Assembly (NCBI RefSeq): GCF_032191835.1
Contig: NC_083237.1
Coordinates: forward strand, 21,762,001 to 21,826,000
DNA length: 64,000 bases
Direction of reading: 5' to 3'
Origin: Heteronotia binoei
Lineage: Eukaryota
A model generated the notes under the pieces. That model ran no database searches. It worked only from the letters and a program-made list of their open reading frames with translations, and was not told the origin of the DNA. The position numbers and the translations under genes are program-made. Positions within the stretch are counted from its first letter, which is position 1. Every line of letters starts with the position of its first letter. Of this stretch, positions 23,180-36,184 are shown in pieces.

Positions 23180-23402
23180 TAGGGTTGCCAGTTTCAAACT
23201 GGGAATGGAAAATACCTGGAGATTTGGGGGTGGAGTCTGGGGGGGCAGGGCTTTGGGGAGGGACCTCATTGGGGTATAATGCCATAAAGTCAACCCTCCA
23301 AAGCAGCCATTTTATATCAGGAAACTGATCTCTTTTGTTGTCTGGAGATCAGTTGTAATTCTGGGAGATCTTCAGGCCGCACATGGAGGTTGGGCAACCC
23401 TA
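23180..23402 (+). mobile_element. hAT-like MITE
   Basis: Termini TAGGGTTGCCA ... GGGCAACCCTA. Confidence 0.7.
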
Positions 23403-26400
23403 GCAATTAATCATGCAGAGGCATGCAGGAAAGCATCTTCTGAGTAGATTCTTTAAGCTTATGGTAAGACTTAATATCTTAAAACTGATTATTTTGATAG
23501 TTGGGGAGTTATTGCTCTACTGTCTATGATTAAGTTTTCCATGGATAGCACCTCAGAATGTACCTCACCAGATCCCTCTTCACAAAACATAATTTTTTTA
23601 GTGTGAGGCTGGAGGAGAGAACTTGTTTGAGGCTGGGTGAAGAACGAATCTCCATTTAACTTTCCACATTTCTAGAACAAACTCAAGAGTGCTGCAGACA
23701 AAGCCAGAATGTTTAGACTGAAATGTCTATCTCTTTTAATTATGCATTTGAGAGCAAAATGGAGGAAAGAAAACTTTCACAGTTGATCAGGAACACAGTA
23801 CAAAACTATTACACACACAGGGTAGATAGTCTACACAGCCTTTTGCTCACTCCTTCTCCAAGGACAACACTATAAAATTTATTTAACATATTGACATTGG
23901 GAAATAAACGATTCTGTTGCTCCCTATTAACAGAAATAGGAATAAGGCTTTTTGTTTTCCGATGTCCAGAAAGAGCTTGCGGTTATTATTATGTGGTTAT
24001 TTTGGAGAAGTAATGTTTGAAATTTGACTTGAAGCTCCAGGGGCTGTTATATCAACTTGGGCTAACTGTTGTGTTTCTAACTAGTTTTGTAGCCTTCTGT
24101 ATAACTCGGTTACATAGTTCTCATATTTTAGGGTTTTAAAAAAATTGATCTCTGGCGACCACAGATGACATTTTCTTACAAAGCTTGTAAAATGTTTAGA
24201 TTTTCAAAGAGAAATCAAAATTCATGGGATGACAGACTAGATCCCTCAAACTTAACAGCACAGTTGACATATTGACGACTAGCTACATTCAAGTCCAGTA
24301 GCTCTTTAGATTTGGAGGGGGGGAGGTGGATAAGCTTTTGTGAATCAAAGCTCCTTTTGTCAGACACAAGGGAGCTTTGACTCTTGAAAGCTTATACGCC
24401 AAAAATCATCTTGATCTCTAAGGTGCTGTGCGACTTGAATCTTACTGAGTAACTGACCTATTGCAGACCAACATGGCTACCCTCTGAAACATTAAAACCT
24501 TGAGACTAGCAGGTTTTTTGGCCATGATAACCTCAGTACTTCTATGTATGTGAGAGAATGAGTCTATTATTTTAGCAAGTCTCACATACACAGAACCAGC
24601 ATGTAAGCCATGTAAGTTTGTCCAGCTTTTGACAAGGGAAAATGGACTAACTTGTGCATTACATGCAGAGTTAGTCAGTTAATCTGTGGCTTTGAAAGCA
24701 GAATTTTAGGGGGTCAGTAAAACTGAGATTCCTTGCAATGTTGGTTCAGGTGGGTAGCCATGTCGGTCTGAAGCAATGTGACAAAGTTAGTGTCCAATAG
24801 CACCTTTGAGACCAACAAAGTTTTATTCAGGTTGTGAGCATACAAGCTCTCCTTGCAATGTTATGGATAAAGGTGGGCACAATTCTGGAATTACACAGCA
24901 AGTGATCTTAGACGAAAGGCAAAACAGTTGCTTGGGATGGCAGAATATCCTAGGCTGGCTGTGACTATGTGAAAAAAGATCTTGTTATCAGAGAACACAC
25001 CAGTGTCGTTCATCCTGCAAACCTTTTGGTTCTACATGAGCTATTGGTTCTACATGAGCTATTTGCTCTGTTAAGTCTTGTTCCTTCTTCCTTTGCCATA
25101 GTGTGAGAGTGACAATCCAGCACTGTACACTTCCTTGTAATCATGCTTGTGGATGGGCATCATTTCACATGTGATGCCAGCATTGCCAGCCTCTACTGTG
25201 CCACTATCTGAAGGGCCTTCACAGGGCAATCTATTCAGTGCTTCAAGTGTTTGCTGAAATGTTGTGCTGTGTCTCAGACTCTTGATGTCTGCTTTCTGAA
25301 CTTACTCCATATTGCAAAGGTATTACTTGAGGTGTCAAGACCCAGTTTGGGCATTTGTCTGTGACACATCAGAGCATTTGTGTGAATGAGGCCTGGGATG
25401 GATTCCTTTTCAGAGATGTCTGCTCACATCCAGCCTTTTTTTTTTTTTTTAACAGGCCTGAATTCCAAATCAACGTAATGGCAAGCAAGAGTCTTCTTCA
25501 ACTATAGTGCACTTTTTCTTTTCTATCCTAGACAGGGATGAAATTCTGGCCCCTGAAGACAAAATCCTCAATGCGAGAACTGAAATTGTTCACAAAGGAT
25601 GGGCATCCCAGTGGCTACTAATCAGTGCAATTTCTTGCTCAAGATATACTTTTGGGGAAAGTTCAGGTAATAACCAGGGAAGGACTGCTCCATCTCACTA
25701 AACAAGGGCATCATCCAGCCAAAGTTGATCACTCTAAAGACTCAGTAATTTTAGTAAAAGAGAGTTAAGCACCTATTTAACTCTTTCCTGTTCTAACCAA
25801 CAGGATTTGAGATATTTAACTTTGGCTGGGCATCATCTTCTTTCCCTTACATATAGCAGCAGTCCTTTCCATCTAGCAGTTAGATGTCTTCTGGGATACC
25901 CTTACTTTGCTTGTTGAATGCCTTCAAAGCAACAGCAAACTAAGGGTCAAGAACATGAAATCTGAAATTAATCAAAGAAATCAAGGGAGAACATAGGGCT
26001 TTTGACGGCTAGTGAGCCATGAGAACCTTCTAGAACAATCAAGAATGGTCGGCTAAGGTGGACTTCATTATGATATACCTAAGTGATATCATGAGGCTAT
26101 TCACAGTTATTCTGAAGTCCAAACAATTATTAAAATTCCTCTACTCTCAAGCAAGATGAAGGCCCACAAATCACATTGTGGTTCTATGTGGGTTATTGTA
26201 AATACGCAGATAGAGGGGCCATCAGGGTATTTATTGGAATTGTAAATCAGATATGACATTTTGTAGCTTTCTTCCACCTGATACTACACATCTATCATAT
26301 CCAAACTAAGGATAAAAAACACAAATCCAAGTGTTGTCTTCTATGTAATACTGTAAATACCCTTTAAAAAGGAGCATCAAAATTTTGCTTGTCCTTCAAA

Positions 26401-27084
26401 TTAAAAAAGGGGGTCAGGCCCAGAAAACACACATTTGCATGCCTTCTTAAGCAATCCTGCAAACGTAATAAAAATAAGGCCCTCATAAAATAATTTTGTC
26501 TGTCGTTGGTTGATCTCATAAATACATGAATGGGAAGGAGAGGCATGGTGTCAGTAGAGAACAATCTTGGTCTTCGTGCATTGCATAAGACAACGTAATG
26601 CTATTAACATAATCCTTGCGGATATCTTCCCTTTGAAACAAGGTCTTAAGTTGGCACCTCCCTTGGCACTACTGTAAATACATTCTGAAACAATATGGCC
26701 TCACTTCTGTTTCCGGGTGACATGCTACAGATGCTAATAAAGGAATTACTGCAACTCCAGAGGGCAGTCCTTGAGAAAGAGGCTGAAACTTATATTGGAA
26801 GCCAGGATACCCAAGTCTGATTGGAATCCAGTACATGCTTAACTTGAAAGTAAGCCCCATGACTCTGCTCAGATCAGTGGGACTTACTTCCTAATCAAAA
26901 TGCATAAGAGTGGACTGCACTGATGATACCAGAAATATTTTTGACAGCTCCCAGGACCTGCTTACTAAGTCAGCAATGACACCCTCGGCTGGGCAGTTTA
27001 TGGACCACCCAATTTTGGCAAGACTCACGCCTTTAACTGGAGTCAGTCTCTGTAGGTTCTGAAACCCAACAGCCAGGGGCTGGT

Positions 27085-28262
27085 TTATGCAAGTAGCATA
27101 TTAACACTGGTGCCCAAGGTGAGGACAGAAACGTGGTCCTCCCCAGGGTGGACGTGGGCCTGATGGCGTGGGAACTGCTGCTTGTATCGGAAGGTTTTCC
27201 CGCAGGCAGAGCAGGCGTAAGGTTTCTCGCCTGTGTGGATTCTCTGATGTTTGACCAGTTTGGAATTGACATAGAATCCCCGGCCGCACTGGGCACATTT
27301 GTAGGGCTTCTCCCCAGTGTGGATTCTCTGGTGCTCGATGAGGGAGGAGCTCTGGGAGAAGCACTTCCCGCACTCCTCGCACCGGTAAGGCCGCTCCCCG
27401 GTGTGCACCCGGTTGTGCGAGACCAAGTGGGTCTTCTTCTTGAAGCATTTCCCGCAGAGCGGGCAGGGGAAGGGCTTCTCCCCCGAATGAGTGCGCTCGT
27501 GCTTCAGGAGATTGGAACTAAGGGAGAAGCGCTTCCCACAGAGGGTGCAAGAGTAGGGCTTCTCTCCTGAGTGCGTGCGCAAGTGCTTGACCAGGTTGGA
27601 GGTGCGGCTGAAGGCCTTTCCACACTCTCGGCATGGGAAAGGTGTCTCCCCAGTGTGGGTGCGCTGGTGCTCAGTCAAGGCCGAACTGCGGCTGAAGCCC
27701 CGTCCACACTCTGGGCAGGCAAAAGGTTTCTCGCCAGTGTGGATCCTCTGGTGCCCCATCAGTGTGGAGCTCTGGGAGAAGCGTTTCCCGCACACGTTGC
27801 ACACAAAGGGCCTCTCTCCTGTGTGGATTCTCTGGTGTTCAATCAGCACTGAGCTCTGCGAGAAGCTCTTCCCGCACTCAGTGCAATGGTAGGGCTTATC
27901 CACTGACCTGCGGCTGATGGGAGGAGGGGGTGGTTCCAAGATCCCCAAAAGGTTAATAAAGCCCGGAGGATCATGGGAAGCCTTCTTGGAGCGGCGCCTT
28001 CTGAACTGACTCCCCCACTGTTGTTCCTGACTTCTGCAGATACTGGGGATCGGTGAATCATGCAGCTGGTGTGGTTCTGCCTCCCTCATGCTTCCACTTT
28101 CTTGGTCCCCAAATTCTCTTCCTGGGCTGCAATCACTCCCTGACACCATCTCTCCCTGTTCAGGACTTGGAGGGGATCCCAGCAACAACTCCTCCATGTC
28201 GTCTTCTTCCTCCAGTACCTCCTCTGGGAGATCGTCTGTCACTTGACTTCCAAATGCAGCAT
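27085..28262 (-). CDS. C2H2 zinc-finger gene 1, main exon with 9 fingers; upstream coding exon(s) unresolved
   Basis: Nine CxxC..HxxxH repeats with TGEKP-type linkers. Phase-1 acceptor at 28262. Candidate small upstream exons at 28478-28429, 28855-28828 and 31302-31137 all fit the frame; an internal ATG at 28197 is also possible. Confidence 0.9.
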
Positions 28263-30496
28263 CTTTTAGAATGAAAACAGAAGTGGGATCTGCTGAAGAA
28301 GTTGAGCAAAATTGTTAAGGGTATCACAATCTTACTTTTGGCCCATAATGAAGCCAGGTTCTCTGTCCCAACAACCCGTTTGCATTAGAAGCTACAGACA
28401 GATCAATGGATCAGTCTCCTCCACTGACCTGCAAGGCTTTCGATGTTCCAGAAGTTTCTCAGAGAAGAGCGCAAATAGCTTGATATAGCACAAGGTCAGG
28501 ATAAGGCCTGATTTAAACATGCCAAGCAGTTGCTTTGCCCAAGCACAGAATAAACAAGACATGCACATTCTTTTGCTTCAGACAGCCTCACATTTTAATC
28601 CAGCATCCAAGGCCGGCCCTAGACTGTCTGGCACTGGTGCCCCCCCTGCACTGATAACATCATGGGGGGAGCCCAATTTGGTGCCCCCAGAAGGCCGGCA
28701 CCCTAGGCGGTTGCCTAGCTTTCTTAGTGGCAAGGCCAGCCCTGCCAGCATCAGCAGGACTCTACCATGTCAGGAACGTGTGGATTAGCCATTAGACAAG
28801 AGGCATGGAAAAGATGCCACAACTTACCATGGATCAGATGCCAGAAACATGTCATGGGAGAGTCTTATTGCAAGAGTGACCAGTTGGCTAGTTTGTGCAC
28901 AGTTTTACTGAGGGGAAGGAGTTGAGGGAGTGGAATTTTCAAGCTGAGGTAACAGCTGGATGGTTTTTCTGGAAAGCTCACGTTGTGCTTGTTAGGGGAG
29001 TTTTAAGTCTCTGAATAGGGGGATGCCCTCAGACTGTCTTGCCTTTTTTAAAAAAGTAATCAATTAGAGGTGCTGCTCTTTCTGGAGAATTGGGGCTACC
29101 TCTCCACATCCCATTATCCTTGGGGAAACACTGAAGCCCAACTGATCAAGTCTCAGTTATGTACATAAGTGCCAGCAAGTCATGGCCAACTTACGGCAAC
29201 CCCAGCAAGGGGCTTTCAAAGCAAGTAGAAGGCTGAGGAGGTTTGCTATGGCCTTCTTCTGCAGAGTCTGCCTGGGTGGTCTCCCACCCAAGTACCAACC
29301 CTGTTCGGCTCCTGAGATCTGATAAGGTCACCCTATTCATGCTGCCTCCTCTCCCAAGCCCCAGCTGCAGTGGCCCAAATTCAGCTACATGCCTTGGCTA
29401 AAAATGTTGCTACCAAGTCTGACCAAGACTCAAGATATTGTTTCTCTTTTACTCTGTGGATTAAAAAGGTAAGAGTGATAAGGGTAACAGTGGGGAGTAT
29501 ACTTTGTAGGTAATTTTGGTTTCATTTCAATTGTTGTCACTGGTTTAACTGGAAAATGTCACCCTTCCAAGCCTATGGATTGAAATACTTTGGATAGCAC
29601 TCTTATCGGAATGACCTTTTCTTCCTCATTTCTGGGGCCACTATGAAAAAAAATTGGGAGTGATGGTACACAGGTCTCGGATTCAGGAGGCGCTCACAGG
29701 AGCGCAGCTCCTGAACCTTTCTGACGGCTCCCCCTCTTCCTCCCCACCTACATTGTTTATTGAATAGTAGGTGCAGCTGCATAACAATCCCTGGATTAGG
29801 AGAACGGGCAGCCAGCCAGCCACCAGAAGCTTTGCCATGTCCCCAGCAGCCCTCATTAACCCCTGGAGAAGCCCACGCCACCTTTTCTCCACTTCTTATG
29901 TGATTCTGGGCAGCAAGTGGCTTGCTGGCAGCCCAGGAGAGCCCCAGGCAAGCCTTGCTTCCAGGGCTCTCCTTTATTGCATCGGGTTGCTTTTGGCTGT
30001 GGGAGGGGGGCGGGCGGCAGCATATGCTAATGAGTTGTGCTAATGAGCTCTGCTACCTATTTTTCTACAAAACGTCACCTGATGGTACATACTGATTTGT
30101 GTCAATGCTGTTTGAATTAATTGTCAGATTTAATTTCTTTATATTCTGTTGACCAGAGGAAATTAAAACTCTTTTGTCATTATTCCAAATGAAATGAGCT
30201 TTATTTTTTAAAAATGTGAAGGAAAGCCCAATATCCAGGGAATTGGGAAGCTTGGGAGTTGCCAGTCCTTTTTTCTACTCAGACACTTGTCTTTCACTCT
30301 CTCACCTCTGGGCACTATCCGAAACTAGCTAATAGCAGCTCCAGGAGTGACAGTGTTGCTACACACAATCCTAAGGATATGTTCTTGGGACCAGGCCCCA
30401 CTGAATTGACCTGCTTAAGATTGTTCTCTCGGGAACCAGAGGTAGAAACCCTTCATAGGTTTCATGAACCAAAGCAACATTGACAAGCATTGGGGA

Positions 30497-30700
30497 GGGA
30501 CTGTGGCTCAGCGGTACAGTATCTGCTTGGCATGCAGAAGGTCCCAGATTCAATCCCTGGCACCTCCAGTTTTTTAAATAAAAGGGCCAGGTATTAGGTG
30601 ATGTGAAAGACCTCTGCCTGTGACCTGGAAAACCACTGCCAGTCTGGGTAAACAATACTGACCTTGGTGGACCAGGGGTCTGATTCAGTACAGGGCAACT
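30497..30700 (+). mobile_element. tRNA-Ala-like-head SINE (also ~35620-35820 and ~47975-48215)
   Basis: gggactgtggctcagcggta...tgcttggcatgcagaaggtcccagattcaatccctggc followed by a shared non-tRNA body. Confidence 0.7.
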
Positions 30701-31650
30701 TAATGTGTGTACCTTTATGAAGTTCTAGTAGGCTTCCCAACCCTCCCGCCCTGGCGGGGGACCCCAGGATTTCCACCCTCTTCCCCCACTCCAAAAAAAG
30801 GGAAGCGGGGGGAGAGGAGGGAAACGGCGCCGGGGAGCATGGCAAGTCGCCCGGAGGCCCCGCGCCGCACCGCTGCCGCCCCCTCCCCGCCCACCGCAGT
30901 TGCTCCTCCCAGATGGGCCCAGGCTGAGCCCATCTCGGAGGAGCAGCCAAGAGACGGCAGCAGCACAGGGGAGGGCGAGGCAGGCCAGGAGCATGGCGAG
31001 CCGCAAATCCGGGCCCTTCTAGGACCCGGACTTGCGGCTCGCCACGCCCCCCGGCCCACCTCCACCACCCCCTCTGCTTCCACCCCAGAGGCCGAGCGGG
31101 CGAGGCGGAGCGGGCGGGCGTGGCGCTCCTTGGTACCTGAGGGAGCCGTATCTCCCCAGAAGCCTGAGGCGCAGCCAATCCGCACAGGGCTCGGCTGAGA
31201 GGTGCAGGGCTCGCTACTCCAGAAGCGGCAGCCGCTTCCTTGCCCCAACAAGCGAGGGGCAACAACCGCTGCCCAGAGCCCCAGAAGTGCGGCGCTGCTC
31301 ATTTTGTCTTCTCACCAGGCGCAGCCTGGGCGGGCTCCCAGAAGGGAAGTTGCGCCGAGGAGAAGGTCCGCCCGTTGTGGTCGCCGCCACTCCTCGCTGA
31401 CTGGAAATCTTTCCCCGGCCCCTGTCTGACTCAAGCAACTTCTGGCGTCACGTCAGCATATGCTGTCTGAGTGAATTCATGGTTGCTAGGAAAGTCGCAA
31501 AAGAAGTTGTTGTCTTTCTCCTCTTTCAAAGGAGTGAAGTGCTTGTGGTGCCACCTTTCTACCAGCGCTAGGCTTCTGATTTCCCGCCCTTCTTGTAAAC
31601 GGCCATGCTCCCCGGCGCCGTTTCCGCCCTTCTCCCTAGCTCCACCCGTG
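30700..31650. promoter_or_regulatory. CpG island, probable promoter of ZNF gene 1
   Basis: GC/CpG-rich, about 2.5-3.4 kb upstream of the ZNF1 main exon. Minus-strand donor CAG|GTACCA at 31137; CCAAT and CRE-like motifs. Confidence 0.6.
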
Positions 31651-34600
31651 TCTCCTGGCTCCACCCCCAAAGTCTCCTGGCTCCACCCCCAAAGTCCCCA
31701 GATATTTCTGGGGTTCGACTTGGCAACCCTAAATTCTAGGAAGTTATAATAGGATTAACCCTTCCGTCATTCATCTAATGCTTGTTATGAGATTGTGTCC
31801 AAGCACTGTAATCCATTCCTTATTAGCAACTTCCTTTTTTTGTTCCAAACTATTTCAGCTCCACACAATATAATGGCGGGGGCAGGGGGGTTGTCATTTT
31901 TTCTGACTATTTCTGCTTCCCAGCTCCATAGAGTCCCTTGTTTTTAGTCTCAGTGAGAGTTATACAGGAATGAAAATTATTCCAATCATAGCTTTTGTTG
32001 CAGTAGCTTCTTTAGTAACTGAACAGTCTTAAGGGTTGCAGAAAAACAACCTGAAGAATGATTCTGTGTATCTCAGAAGTTTGCTATTTATCAATGCAAT
32101 TGCTCACATGCACAATTTCTTAAAGTCCTAGGCACTTCTGTCAACTTGTGCAGCATGATACAGACTCATAGTTTTTGTTCTGAACACTTCTATCTGAAGA
32201 AGATTCCTATACCACTCAAGAAGTCCTGGCCTCTTAAATTTTGACACGAGTCTGCCATAATGAAAGGAATCACCTCACTTCTATTTTTATATCTGGAATT
32301 AAAATGAGGGAGGAACATCTTGCTTCCTAACAAAGATTTCTTCTCCAATCTTACCTGTGTCGCCAGATCTCTCCCATTCCTCTGTCTCTTGCAAATCCTT
32401 CTGTTCCATCTTGGGCAGTTCCACTGGATCCTAGTAAATCTGAAGGAGCTTTTACCCCCTTCCCTTCCTCCACTCCCCCCCAACAGAAGAAAGCTCAACC
32501 TTCGAGCATTAGACAGTTATAACAGTCCCATGGTCTGCAGATCGGTGGTGCCTGCAGAGTGGCAGAGGGAACCCAGTGATGATGTCACATCCTCGCACCA
32601 GTTCACATGATGCAGGGGAATCAAAGGGAGAGGGGAGGAAGAGGAATGCTGGAGGCAGTTGCTAGGGAACCAGAAGAGACACACAAGGCGAGGAGGGGCT
32701 AGAGGAAGCGAGAGCTTTCAGTTCCTTTAAAGTCCAATAAGTTGTGCCTAGAGACTGATAAAAGGCGACAAGCGAGAGTATTTATAAGTTGAAATGAGAT
32801 CTAACTCCTTCCCACCCATGATCTCTGAAGTGGTTCCTGAAAAGAAAGTAAACAATCCTAAGATAAATTCTAAATGAAAGCAGGCTGAAATAAATATCAT
32901 GGCCAATATCCATTGGGGGGGGGGGAGAGATAGCAATAAACAATTTAGTAAGGTTGCCAACTCCAAGATGGGAAATTCCTGGAGAGCTGAGGACGAGCCC
33001 GGGCAGGGCCAGAGTCTGAGGCAATCAGCAGGGATGTGATGCCATATAGAGTTTGCCTTCTGAAACTGCCAGTTTTTTTCTGCCACCATTTCCTCTTTAA
33101 CCGTTGCACAAGAAGCAGTTCTCCAGGGGAACTGATTTCGGAAGTCTAGAGAGCCGCCATAGCTCTGGGAGAACTCCACATCCCACCTGGAGGTTGGAAA
33201 GCCTAAAGTACAGTCATATTTCACTTGGAAAGACAAAACTTTTTTTTTAACCTGCTGCTGAAAAGGTAGCGGCATGTACCCAAGCATGTGATTCTTCTGA
33301 CAGAACAGCACATCTGTTTGTGAAAGAGCAGGCAGAGATTTCCCTGGATCCCCCCTCCACACACACACTGCAGGCTCATTTTCTTTTGCCTCTACACTGC
33401 TCCGAAGCGACCACTAACCACCAGGAATGAAAGGGCAGGGAGGCTGAATGGGCTGTGCTGAGAGGAAGAAACAGGAAAGTCTTGCTGCATGAAGTTCACA
33501 GCTTGTTGGATACGTGCCAATAAAAGGAGAAGCCAAATATGCAAGGGAAGGCATTTCATACTGAGAGTTCCCTGGTAGGAAAGTCCCTGTTCCCAGTAGC
33601 CACACATCTAATTTCTACCCTGCTCCCCAAATGTCCACAGAATCCCCAGATTGGAGCTGACAAACCTACTCTACTGAACCTGGAATAAATAGGATCATAC
33701 AAGGAGGCAGGTCTTCGGAGACAAAGTTCTTGTCCATGTAGGATTTTCTAAACCAGCACTTTAAATTGCCCAAACTGGAGGCTTAGGGAATTGCTAACAT
33801 CCCTTCTGCAACCAGCACATTGTTAACTGCCACAGAAAGGCATTCCATGGCATGTTGAATATATATCACATCCTTATGTCCACTTAGATCATTGGTTCAT
33901 GTAGTTCTGCTAGTGACTAGCAATGGTTCTTCAGAGCCTTAGGCCAAAAAAGGCCTTTCGCAGCCTCAACCCGAGATCCTTCAGGGATCTTTGCACACTG
34001 TGCTCTACCACACAGCCACTGCCTCCTTCACTGATGACTGCCTGCCTCTTGTACAACAGTTGAAGGGGAAATGGTGGCAGAGGAAAAATAGCAGCAAACT
34101 TAGCTTAGTTTTTTCTTCTCCTATGGCCCAACAAAGCAACCAGTCGCCTTTTGTTTATTGCACCTCATGAAATAATGCTGCCATATTTGTGCTGTTAGAA
34201 TGATAAAACCTTTCCACCCAACCACTGGCCAGATCTCCCCCATCTTGCATGCTCCAACCACTGGTATTTCTTGTTTCCTGAGCTGCCAACTTTGAGAAGG
34301 ACTGGAGAGCTAAGAGAAGGTAGTGGCTCATTTGGATATGTTGACTCATTGAAATATAGGGACAGTCCTCTTAACTAACATAAACTGCTTTTAAAAATAA
34401 AGCCAGTCCCAAGATGACAGTATCTCTGAGCATCAGTTGTACTTTTAATTTCAGAGAAAAATGCCTTTTAAAAAATTTGGCATTAAGAATTTGTTCTGCT
34501 CAACCAATGTAAAGAATATTCCTGCCAGTCCACATATTTTAAATACCCCAATTGCATAGAGTTTTTTTTTTTAAGGATGACTACAGTGAACAAAGTAACT

Positions 34601-36184
34601 GGGAGAATAACATTTATTTTTATTTATAATGAACAGCGTTTAGGTAACATACAATCGGTTCACAAATGAAGATTCCTCCTACCCCCACCCCACCCAGGAC
34701 AGTGATATCTGTCTTTTTTTAAAAAACAAAATGTATTTCAGGGATATTTGCCAGCAGAAGAGGAAATGCGCTCCACCACAGAGGCTGTCCAAAGGACCCA
34801 AGCTGATATCCTTGGACTGGATCGAAACATTTTTTATTCAGGTTAGAAAAAAAAAAAGACAGGTGTGTCCTTTTTCACCCTCCCACCGCATATGCTGGGG
34901 GATCGTGGGACTTGCATGGACTAAAGGCACATGGGATAGGGGCTGAAGGAAGAACACTGAGAATAAAATCTGACTGGATCCAACCCCTTGTTAACAAGAA
35001 AGCTTTGGATAAGAAAGGATGGGACGCTAACTGACAACAGGACAACAAAGGCTTGGCAATTATTCAGGAGGTGAAGAATCTAGGTATCTTCCTGCTGGGT
35101 TACTACTTGGATGGGAAACTCCTAGGGAAGTCCAGAGTCATCACACAGAGGCAGGCAATGGGGGCAAACCGCCTCTGTTAATTTCTTGCCATAAGCTGGT
35201 TGTGGCTTGACAGCACTCAGTTATTAATGACAGGTTTAGGGCAGGTTACATCTTATGGTCCAAATGCAGGGGGGGAAAAAACCCTGCAAATTCTGTGAAG
35301 CTGCTGGTGCACACCCAACAAAATGGAGGATGGGGGAGACAAGGGCTGTACTTGGCTAAACACGTGTGGAGCAAGCTGAGCCACAGCAGTCTTGCCAGCC
35401 TTACAGGGAGTCCCTGTGGACTCAACCGGCGATGACAGGCATAATCCACACCAGCCTTCTCCCCCACTGCTGTTCCCAGCAGAGTTGATAGCACCCTGGG
35501 TCCTGGCCACAGGTGACATGGGGTCAGCATGATAACTATCAGAGAGCAGCACAGACTTGGTCAGGGCACTGAAGTTTATCCACTAAGTGTTGGAACTGAG
35601 CAGGCAAGGGTAGGGGGGTGGGATTGTGGCTCATTGGCAGAGCATCCGCTTGGTATGCAGTCGGTCCCAGGATCAGTTCCTGGCACCTCCAGTTAAAAGG
35701 TCCAGGTAGGGTGATGTGAAAAACCTCTGCTTGAGACCCTGGAGAGCAACTGTCAGTTTGAGTGGACAATACTGGCTTTGATAGACCAAGGGTCTGATTC
35801 AGTATAAGGTAACTTCCTATGTGTGTTCCTGTGGGAATTTAGTTTCTGAGCCTTGCCTAGACATGACATAAATTCTCAAATTATTCAGAACCCCCTTATA
35901 TTTGAGGTGTTTTGTTTCTGCAGTTTTGGGGGAGAGAAGGAAAGATGTTGCCCAACACATGGTTATGCACTAAAAAACCCCAGACCCAAAGGGATCGGTC
36001 AGTCAGATCAGAGGAGCAGTGAAGGGATCTAATGCCTGGGTTGATGGGCTCAAGGGAAACTACTAGATTCAAGGGCAAAAACTGGTAGGACTGTAGCCTC
36101 TGGGAGTCCTGGCCCACAGCTCTACAGGGGCCAATAGCTGTGAGAGCAGGAGAACAAGAAGGGAAACGAGCCTGAAGAAGAGCT

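Noticed and set aside
25026-25061. 18-bp direct tandem repeat
   Set aside because: Two copies only, no spacers; a simple slippage duplication. No CRISPR-like array was seen anywhere in the window.
27101-27892. Alternative-frame and antisense ORFs over the zinc-finger arrays (also 36252-37036)
   Set aside because: Shadow ORFs expected from repetitive GC-rich C2H2 codons.
28429-28478. KRAB-A remnant (RNFWNIESLA)
   Set aside because: Only a loose resemblance to the KRAB-A C-terminus; there is an in-frame stop upstream and no VTFEDVAV-like motif.
30497-30570. tRNA-Ala-like gene (also ~35620, ~47815, ~47975)
   Set aside because: Broken stems, and each copy carries the same downstream SINE body.
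30594-31429. Long overlapping ORFs (up to 223 aa) in CpG islands (also 21413-22165, 39545-40219, 47012-47728)
   Set aside because: Stop-poor GC-rich promoter DNA; Ala/Gly/Pro/Arg-rich with no recognisable domains.
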